32,000 nucleotides of DNA from Mycolicibacterium smegmatis. Lineage in GTDB: Bacteria > Actinomycetota > Actinomycetes > Mycobacteriales > Mycobacteriaceae. Below, one piece after another: positions 25,957 through 32,000 of the stretch; position 1 is the first letter of the stretch, and each line of letters opens with the position of its first letter. The notes under the pieces are model-generated. The model saw nothing but the letters and a program-made list of their open reading frames with translations. It made no database searches and had not been told where the DNA came from. Position numbers and translations under genes: made by a program. The stretch lies in the NCBI RefSeq assembly GCF_001457595.1, contig NZ_LN831039.1:600001-632000 (forward strand), given 5' to 3'.

Positions 25957-27011
25957 CAGGCCCCCAGATTCTGCAGCACCGAGCAGGCGCCGCAGGCCGC
26001 GCACCCGGCCCGCTGATCGGCGCCTGACATTCCGGCCTGCCGCAGCAGGTCGGCGACGGCGCGTGACACCTTTTCGACCAGCCCGGAGTCCGGCGCGATC
26101 GCCCCATCGACGTCGGTGGCCAGCGAGCCGGACTGCGGACGGAACGGCACCACGAACGGATAGACACCCATGTCGATGAGTTCGCCGGCACCCGCGACGA
26201 GCTCATCGGGGTTCTCACCGAGCCCCACCAGCAGATACGTCGACACCTGGTTGCGGCCGAACACGCGCACCGCCTCACGCCACGCGGCCCGGTAGGCATC
26301 CAGCGCGACCGTGGCCTTACCCGGCATCCACCGGCTTCGCACCTCGTCATCGAGTGACTCCACGTGGATCCCGATGGCATCGGCCCCGGCCGCACGCAGT
26401 TCGGACAGCACGGCGAGGTCGGCGGGCGGTTCGCACTGGACCTGAATCGGCAGCGCAGGCACCGCGGCCTTCACGGCTCGCACGCAGCGCGCCAGATGCC
26501 GTGCCCCGCGGTCGGTTCCGGCCGACGTGCCGGTGGTCATGACCATCTGTGTCACACCGTCGAGGCGTACCGCGGCAGCGGCGACCTCGGCGAGTTCGGC
26601 GGGCCGCTTGACGGCCGTGGTGGCACCGGACCGCAGGGATTCCTCGATGGTGCAGAACCGGCAGCGCTGATCGGGGGAGTAGCGGATACACGTCTGCACG
26701 ACGGTGGTGGCCAGTACGTTGCGGCCGTGCAGACGTGCGAGTTTCTCGTAGGGGACGCCGTCGCCGGTCGTGAGGTCATAGAAGCGGGGCCGGTCGATGA
26801 CCTCGACGTCCAGTCCGGTGTCCTCGCCGTCGAGCAGCACGCGTGTGCCGTCGAAGACGAACGGGCTGAGCGGGTTACGCGGGATCGCGGCGTTGAGGCC
26901 GTCGATGACGAGGTGGCCGTCGGCGCTGGGGCCCGCGCCGGCGTTCCGGTGCACCGGGGGCCGGCCGCGGAAACCCAGGAGCGCGAGGTCGACTCGTGTG
27001 GACACTGTCAT
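25956..27011 (-). CDS. Radical SAM protein, MSMEG_0568 family (Nit1C)
   Basis: TCIRYSPDQRCRFCTIEES; VTQMVMTTGTSAGTDRGARHLARCV; LPIQVQCEPPADLAVL; C-terminal GCAACGACS. Confidence 0.9.
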   Translation of the reverse strand: MTVSTRVDLALLGFRGRPPVHRNAGAGPSADGHLVIDGLNAAIPRNPLSPFVFDGTRVLLDGEDTGLDVEVIDRPRFYDLTTGDGVPYEKLARLHGRNVLATTVVQTCIRYSPDQRCRFCTIEESLRSGATTAVKRPAELAEVAAAAVRLDGVTQMVMTTGTSAGTDRGARHLARCVRAVKAAVPALPIQVQCEPPADLAVLSELRAAGADAIGIHVESLDDEVRSRWMPGKATVALDAYRAAWREAVRVFGRNQVSTYLLVGLGENPDELVAGAGELIDMGVYPFVVPFRPQSGSLATDVDGAIAPDSGLVEKVSRAVADLLRQAGMSGADQRAGCAACGACSVLQNLGA

Positions 27012-27018
27012 GGCATAC

Positions 27019-28290
27019 CTACACCTTCATGGCGAGCCGCAAAACCGACTCGTGGTAGCTGCTGATGATCGTCGCGGCGATGTGCCGGGCATCGCGGTCG
27101 ATGCCGAGGAAGCGGCCGGATCCCCAGGTGTGCATCCACGGCAGCCCGACGAAGCTCAGGCCGGCGACATTGGTGATCCCGCGGGTCTGCATCGGCCGGC
27201 CCGCGCCGTCGAAGGCGCTGGCCGCTATCCACCGGTAATCCGGCCGGTAGCCGATCGCCCACACGATGCTGGTGATCCCGGCCGCAGCGAGATCCAGTGT
27301 GGTGGTCTCGGTTTCGGGCTTCCATACCGGTTCGTACCGTGAGGCAGGTGGTGCGTCGATCCCGTTGCGCTCGATGTGGGCATCGATGTCCGAACAGATC
27401 GAGTTGTAGACCGAATCGGCGTGATCCAGCGCTTCGGCCAGCGTGGGTTCGAACCGCAGCGTCGAGTCCTTCCCGTCTGCGAGCGTGCCGTAGAGCCTCA
27501 TCCCTTCGGTCGCGAACTGGCGCAGGTCCACATCGCGTCCACCGTCTCGTCCGGTGACGTAGTGGTTGGTCTTCTCGATCGCGGCCTGGCCTCCCGGATA
27601 CTGCTGGGCGGGCCGGTCGTACACGCCCATGTCGGCAAGCCAGGTCATGCAGTCCCTGCCACGGTAGAACCGCGCCACGCGTGGCGCGCCGCCCACCGCG
27701 AGGTGGACCCGGCGTCCGGCCAGGTGCAGGTCCTCGGCGATCTGGGCGCCGGACTGTCCGGTGCCGACCACCAACACGGCCCCGTCGGGCAGTGTGCCTG
27801 CGTTGCGGTACTGCTCCGAGTGGATCTGGAGGATGGTCTCGTCGAGTTGGGCGGCATACGACGGGATGACAGGCACGGGGTATCCGCCGGTCGCGATGAC
27901 GGCGTGGTCACACGTGAGCGTCGACTGACCGGATTCGTCCCGCAGGGTCACCTCGAAGCCGCCACCGGCGCGGTTCTGCAACCGGGTGACCTGGGTGTGG
28001 TTGCGCAGCGGCGGGTCGAAGGTGTCGAGCCAACCGGCCAGCCAGTCGACGACCTCGTCACGGGTCATGAAGCCGTCGGGGTCGGGTCCGGCATACGGGT
28101 AGCCGGGGAGCCTACAGTGCCAGTTCGGGGTGACGAGAGTGAAGTTGTCCCAGCGGGTGTCGGCCCACGCGTGCATCGGGGTCTTCGATTCGATCACGAT
28201 GTGCTCGATGCCTGCCCGCACCAGGTACCAGCTGACCGACAGGCCGGCCTGCCCACCGCCGATGACGGCCACGGGGACGTGGGTGGTCAT
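27019..28290 (-). CDS. Flavin-dependent oxidoreductase (FMO/BVMO-like), MSMEG_0569 family (Nit1C)
   Basis: VAVIGGGQAGLSVSWYLVRAG and VLVVGTGQSGAQIAEDLHLAG, two Rossmann motifs; HTWGSGRFLGIDRDARHIAATI. Confidence 0.92.
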   Translation of the reverse strand: MTTHVPVAVIGGGQAGLSVSWYLVRAGIEHIVIESKTPMHAWADTRWDNFTLVTPNWHCRLPGYPYAGPDPDGFMTRDEVVDWLAGWLDTFDPPLRNHTQVTRLQNRAGGGFEVTLRDESGQSTLTCDHAVIATGGYPVPVIPSYAAQLDETILQIHSEQYRNAGTLPDGAVLVVGTGQSGAQIAEDLHLAGRRVHLAVGGAPRVARFYRGRDCMTWLADMGVYDRPAQQYPGGQAAIEKTNHYVTGRDGGRDVDLRQFATEGMRLYGTLADGKDSTLRFEPTLAEALDHADSVYNSICSDIDAHIERNGIDAPPASRYEPVWKPETETTTLDLAAAGITSIVWAIGYRPDYRWIAASAFDGAGRPMQTRGITNVAGLSFVGLPWMHTWGSGRFLGIDRDARHIAATIISSYHESVLRLAMKV

Positions 28291-28583
28291 GACGGCCCCG
28301 GTTCGGGGTGCATGGCGACGACCTCGAGCACCGCATCCCCGCTGAACCGCCGGGCGACGTTGACGATGCGCTGACGGGTCTCTGCCGCCGAGGTGCAGGC
28401 GAAGCCGTACTTGGCGCGTACCCGCTCGCTCGCCTCGGCCAGTGCTCGGCTCGAGCGCTCCACGAAATCGTCGACGGCGTAATGCGTTCCCGCGGTCAGA
28501 TGGTCGTGGATCACCAGGCTCGGGGAATAGCAACGCTGGGTGCTGCCGTCCGGCCACCGGACTTCGAAGGTCATCTCAGGCAT
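28287..28583 (-). CDS. MSMEG_0570 family nitrogen starvation response protein (Nit1C)
   Basis: 98 aa MPEMTFEVRWPDGSTQRCYSPSLVIHDHLTAGTHYAVDDFVERSSRALAEASERVRAKYGFACTSA. Position in the cluster. Confidence 0.85.
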   Translation of the reverse strand: MPEMTFEVRWPDGSTQRCYSPSLVIHDHLTAGTHYAVDDFVERSSRALAEASERVRAKYGFACTSAAETRQRIVNVARRFSGDAVLEVVAMHPEPGPS

Positions 28584-29478
28584 GGGCGAGTTCCCGCCAC
28601 TTCGCGGTGCGCGGACCGTCGGAGTCGGTCAAAGGTGCGTAGACGTCGGGTCGGCGGTCGCGCAGATGGAACATCCCGGCCCGCATGGTGCGGAACGTCT
28701 CGTCGATGTCGACCTCGGCGACCGCCATACCGCTGTCGAGAAGAGTTGTGGCCAAGACGTTTCCACCCGGATCGACCACCTTGGCGTTGCCGACGTATCG
28801 CAATGAGCCGAAGCTCCCGCTCTGGTTGGACGCGACCCAGAACACCTGGTTGTCCAGTGCGCGGGCCATGTCGAACAGATTGAACCGGTAGGTCCAGCGG
28901 TCATCCTGGAGGTTCTGGGCTGTGGCGGTGCGGGCGGCCGGCCACGCCGACAGACTGGCGATGATCTGCGCGCCACCGAGTGCCATCAGCCGGGCGGCTT
29001 CCGGAAAGGCCTTGTCGTAGCAGATCTGCAGCCCGACCCGTCCGACCGGTGTGTCGAAGACCCCGTAGTCCGAGCCCGCCGAATACGACATGCCCTCGCC
29101 GAGTGGCTGGTGCACCTTGCGGTAGCTGCCGTAGACGTCGAATCCGTCGAGCACCGCGGCGGCGTTGTACCGCGTCTCGCCGTCGTCGGCCAGTTCGCAG
29201 AAGCCGATCGCGACCACGAGGTCACCGACGATCTGCTGGACCCGGGCGATCTCCGGGCCGTCGAGGCGGATGGCGGGCGGAAGCGACCGGCTCGTGGCCC
29301 GCACGGTGTCTCCGTGATTGCCCAGTGACGAGAGGTAGCCGCCGATGGCGGCTTCCGGAAGTACCAGGAAGTCGACGCCTTTCTCGCGGGCCTGCTCTGC
29401 CAGATCGGCGATGAGCGCGAAATTCTGTTCCAGGTCGCGGGTGAAGTTCGCCGAAACGGCGGCGAGTGTGGTCATCAT
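28576..29478 (-). CDS. Nitrilase (Sll0784-like, Nit1C core enzyme)
   Basis: FLVLPEAAIGGY, GSYRKVHQPLGE, GRVGLQICYDKAFPEAAR, giving an intact Glu-Lys-Cys triad. Confidence 0.93.
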   Translation of the reverse strand: MMTTLAAVSANFTRDLEQNFALIADLAEQAREKGVDFLVLPEAAIGGYLSSLGNHGDTVRATSRSLPPAIRLDGPEIARVQQIVGDLVVAIGFCELADDGETRYNAAAVLDGFDVYGSYRKVHQPLGEGMSYSAGSDYGVFDTPVGRVGLQICYDKAFPEAARLMALGGAQIIASLSAWPAARTATAQNLQDDRWTYRFNLFDMARALDNQVFWVASNQSGSFGSLRYVGNAKVVDPGGNVLATTLLDSGMAVAEVDIDETFRTMRAGMFHLRDRRPDVYAPLTDSDGPRTAKWRELAHA

Positions 29479-29487
29479 GGCGCGGCC

Positions 29488-30009
29488 TCAAACCATGTAG
29501 GTGGAGTTGATGATGGCGCCTTTGCGGGCGTAGTAGATGAGCGCGTCCTGGACGTCCAGCGGGTGCGCCGGAATGACGCCCTCGATGAGGTCTTCTTCGC
29601 GTCCGCCGTGCAGGCCGAGCCCGAACCGGCAGCAGAACACCGTGCCGCCCTCCTTGATGAAGGTGGCCAGCGCGTCGTTGATGTTCTGTTCACCCGGGAA
29701 ACCGGAGTCTCCGGTCTTCGGAAATCCGCGTGTGGCAAGGCAGTTGATCGATCCCGGCCCGTAGAAGTAGATGGCCGATTCGAACCCCTTGCGCAGCGCG
29801 CGGGTGGCCTGCAGCACGGCGACGAATGCGACCGACGACTCATGCGCGATGCCGTGCACCAGCGTGAAATAGCTTTCGCCGTCCTCGGCCTGGTAGTCGG
29901 GGAAGATCTTGGTACCGCCATATATGCTGGAGCCCTTCGGCAGCGCCGGATGCGGGATCTCGGCCAGCGAACTCTTGATGTTCTCGGTGATGGATTCGTC
30001 GAACGGCAT
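29488..30009 (-). CDS. MSMEG_0572/Sll0783 family nitrogen starvation response protein (Nit1C)
   Basis: MPFDESITENIKSSLAEIPHPALPKGSSIYGGTKIFPDYQAEDGESYFTLVHGIAHESSVAF...GGTVFCCRFGLGLHGGREEDLIEGVIPAHPLDVQDALIYYARKGAIINSTYMV. Confidence 0.9.
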   Translation of the reverse strand: MPFDESITENIKSSLAEIPHPALPKGSSIYGGTKIFPDYQAEDGESYFTLVHGIAHESSVAFVAVLQATRALRKGFESAIYFYGPGSINCLATRGFPKTGDSGFPGEQNINDALATFIKEGGTVFCCRFGLGLHGGREEDLIEGVIPAHPLDVQDALIYYARKGAIINSTYMV

Positions 30010-30095
30010 GGGTCTCTCCAGGGAGGCGATGAGGGTGCGGGCGGCGACAGTGCCGGGAGCCGGATGATCGGCTGGGTCAATTACAGGCCCCGGCC

Positions 30096-30153
30096 ATTGC
30101 CGTGTGGTTAGGGATGGACTACTTCTGAATTGCCGAAATCTCACAGCGGCAAT
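30096..30153. promoter_or_regulatory. Three copies of ATTGCCG upstream of the Nit1C operon
   Basis: ATTGCCG at 30096-30102 and 30129-30135 (+), and CGGCAAT at 30147-30153. The last two form an inverted repeat with 11-nt spacer. Confidence 0.4.
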
Positions 30154-30244
30154 GTGCTCGTAATAAGTGCAGCATGCGCCTTGACCTCAACCTCACTTGA
30201 GGTGCCAGGCTGGCTCTCATGACATGTGGACTCCAGTGGCCAGA

Positions 30245-30280
30245 GGCGGTAAACCGCCGCGAACCCGGGGGTAAACCCCC
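30245..30280. repeat. Two short palindromes with identical TAAA centres (GGCGG-TAAA-CCGCC and GGGGG-TAAA-CCCCC)
   Basis: 245-258 and 267-280 of the 30 kb region, phased by exactly 22 bp, upstream of the + strand ECF sigma factor. Confidence 0.6.
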
Positions 30281-30366
30281 TGGGGACCTGGATCGGCACG
30301 CAGTAACTTTCGTGGTGTTCCTGGATGAAAGAGTTCACACCGCATCGACAATGGCAGGAGCGGGTC

Positions 30367-30978
30367 ATGGCAGTGACCGCTGAGGCACAAGTGACCGACC
30401 ACGGCAGCAGCGCCGAGAGGTTCGAACGCGACGCACTGCCGCTGCTGGACCAGCTCTACGGCGTCGCGCGCCGGTACACGCGCAATCAGGCCGACGCCGA
30501 GGACCTGGTGCAGGAGACGATGGTCAAGGCGTACGGCAGTTTTCACACGTATCGCGACGGCACCAACATCAGGGCATGGCTGTTCAAGATCCTCACGAAC
30601 ACGTGGATCAACGCCTACCACACCGCCCAGCGACGACCAGATGTCGTGGTCACCGACACGATCAGTGACGCGCAACTGGCCGCGGTCGCGACGCGGTCGG
30701 AGACCGAACTGGCCTCGGCCGAGTTGGCGGCGCTGGAGTCCATGGGGGATTCAGAGGTGCGCGACGCGGTCGCGGCGCTGCCGGAACATCAGCGGATGGC
30801 CGTGTACTACGCCGACGTGGTCGGCATGCGGTACCAGGAGATCGCCGATGTGCTGGGTGTCCCCGTGGGAACCGTCATGTCCCGGTTGCACCGTGGGCGC
30901 AGGCGTCTGCGCGAACACCTCATCGGGTTCGCTTACCAGAGTGGCTATCTCGCCCGCCCGGCGGGCAGCGCAGCCTGA
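30367..30978 (+). CDS. ECF RNA polymerase sigma factor, SigH/SigR-like
   Basis: [43 protein letters not shown] (region 2) and [39 protein letters not shown] (region 4). AGGAG before ATG 30367; the ORF extends to 30325. Confidence 0.93.
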   Translation: MAVTAEAQVTDHGSSAERFERDALPLLDQLYGVARRYTRNQADAEDLVQETMVKAYGSFHTYRDGTNIRAWLFKILTNTWINAYHTAQRRPDVVVTDTISDAQLAAVATRSETELASAELAALESMGDSEVRDAVAALPEHQRMAVYYADVVGMRYQEIADVLGVPVGTVMSRLHRGRRRLREHLIGFAYQSGYLARPAGSAA

Positions 30979-31547
30979 TGGTCGGCGAGTAGAACGCGCA
31001 ACCTGGCACGTCCGCGTGCCAGCCGTGACATGACCGTGCCGATGGGAGTGTCCATCAGCGTGGCGATTTCGCGGTAGGGGTAGCCCTCGACGTCGGCGTA
31101 GTAGACCACCATCCGGTTGGCCTGGGGGATCGCGCGCAGCGCTTCCAGGACCGCGTCGTCGGGAAGGTGTGCGAGAGCTTCGTTCTCGGCTGAACGTGCA
31201 CCGTCTGCCCCGTGGCGCAGACCGGCCGAGAGTTGTGCGTCGGTGAAATCCTCACACAACTGCTCGACCGGATTGCGCTGCTGGGCACGGAAATTGGATA
31301 TCCACGTGTTACGCATGATGCGGAAGAGCCATGCCTGCATGTTGGTCCCGCCCTCGAAGGTGTGAAAACCGTTGTACGCCTTGAGGAGTGTTTCCTGCAC
31401 CAGATCCTCGGCGTCGTAGCGGTTGGTCGTCAGGCGGCGTGCGCCGCGCTCGATCGCCTCGACGAACGGCAGTGCTGTCGCGATGAACTCGGTGGCGTCG
31501 CGTGCCGACGCGGCCGAGGAGTGGACGTTGTCGATGCGCACGGGCAC
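30945..31547 (-). CDS. ECF RNA polymerase sigma factor, SigH/SigR-like (second paralog)
   Basis: [42 protein letters not shown] and [41 protein letters not shown] at 31541 has a better-spaced GGGAGG and may be the real start. Confidence 0.92.
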   Translation of the reverse strand: MPVRIDNVHSSAASARDATEFIATALPFVEAIERGARRLTTNRYDAEDLVQETLLKAYNGFHTFEGGTNMQAWLFRIMRNTWISNFRAQQRNPVEQLCEDFTDAQLSAGLRHGADGARSAENEALAHLPDDAVLEALRAIPQANRMVVYYADVEGYPYREIATLMDTPIGTVMSRLARGRARLRVLLADHQAALPAGRAR

Positions 31548-31554
31548 CTCCCAG

Positions 31555-31578
31555 ATGTATAGACAGACTATGTATAGA
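31555..31578. repeat. Direct repeat ATGTATAGA x2 (15-bp period) upstream of the minus-strand ECF sigma gene
   Basis: 31555-31563 and 31570-31578, in an AT-rich patch between divergent sigma and MmpS-like genes. Confidence 0.55.
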
Positions 31579-31782
31579 AAAATAGTCGATTGCTCGGCGG
31601 CGCGTCCAATCGCCCGAAATCGCCGACGGCCGAGTTAATTTCAGCATGTACGCAGGGACCTCACAGGAAATATCCCTGCGCTGCACCTGGTTGTGTGCGT
31701 GTGTAAAGTTGCTCCACGCTGTACATAGGTAAACGAACTAATTCGCCAGGTGTGACTGGGTGCCGGGGTCGGGAGGTCTTGG

Positions 31783-32000
31783 GTGAACACTGGCTTGCTC
31801 TCACGTGTGCTGAAGCAGGCGTGGATCCCGCTGGTTCTGGCGGTGGTCCTTCCTGTCTCGGGACTTGTGGTGTGGCGGCTGCACGAGAAATTCGGCTCGG
31901 AGGATCTGAATGCCAACGCCGGGGCCGGGATCGAGATTGTGCAGTTCAACCCCAAGATCCTGGTCTACGAGGTGTACGGGCCACCCGGCAGCACGGCCCA
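31783..32000 (+). CDS. MmpS-like membrane protein, 5' part only, truncated at window edge
   Basis: GTG 31783 with GGGAGG at 31770-31775; VNTGLLSRVLKQAWIPLVLAVVLPVSGLVVWRLHEKFGSEDLNANAGAGIEIVQFNPKILVYEVYGPPGSTA. Not in the supplied ORF track because it runs off the window. Confidence 0.85.
   Translation, partial: MNTGLLSRVLKQAWIPLVLAVVLPVSGLVVWRLHEKFGSEDLNANAGAGIEIVQFNPKILVYEVYGPPGSTA

Noticed and set aside
30181-30186. TTGACC as a -35 box for the + strand ECF sigma gene
   Set aside because: No acceptable -10 hexamer at 16-19 nt spacing, so no promoter called.
1-32000. Search for CRISPR arrays, IS elements, tRNAs and phage genes
   Set aside because: No regularly spaced long repeats, transposase or integrase motifs, or tRNA-like genes were found by eye. 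Only short repeats in intergenic regions were seen. tRNAscan-SE and ISfinder searches would be decisive and could not be run.

Overview
The window is a high-GC actinobacterial segment. It looks like Mycolicibacterium (M. smegmatis-like), an inference from Nit1C family members named after MSMEG_0565-0572 plus a neighbouring pair of SigH-like sigma factors. No tRNA, rRNA, CRISPR array or mobile element was seen. Main blocks, left to right: (1) an apparent N-heterocycle or betaine catabolic locus (about 1-7060). It has a left-edge LLM flavin monooxygenase fragment, tautomerase, aldehyde dehydrogenase, alpha/beta hydrolase and two tandem DUF1185 proteins on the minus strand. Divergent from these are a BCCT transporter, SnoaL-like protein, flavin reductase and FCD-type GntR regulator. 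(2) A methyltransferase and an ArgP/LysG-like LysR regulator. (3) An SsuABC-like importer divergent from an OsmC protein. (4) A four-gene sugar-type ABC importer. (5) A DUF5994-like gene preceded by an overlapping 45-aa ORF, and a cold-shock protein. (6) A dehydrogenase/TetR pair, a hypothetical protein, a DUF808 protein and an NCS2 permease. (7) A full Nit1C (nitrilase / nitrogen starvation / cyanide assimilation) cluster. It includes a second nitrilase paralog whose catalytic Cys and Glu are both replaced by Asp, a GNAT-AIR-synthase-like fusion, and a radical SAM protein with an atypical CX8CX2C motif. (8) Two convergent, overlapping orphan ECF sigma factors and the start of an MmpS-like gene at the right edge. 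The best leads are the pseudo-nitrilase and atypical radical SAM in the extended Nit1C operon, and the putative trigonelline-like catabolic locus with matching operator-like motifs.
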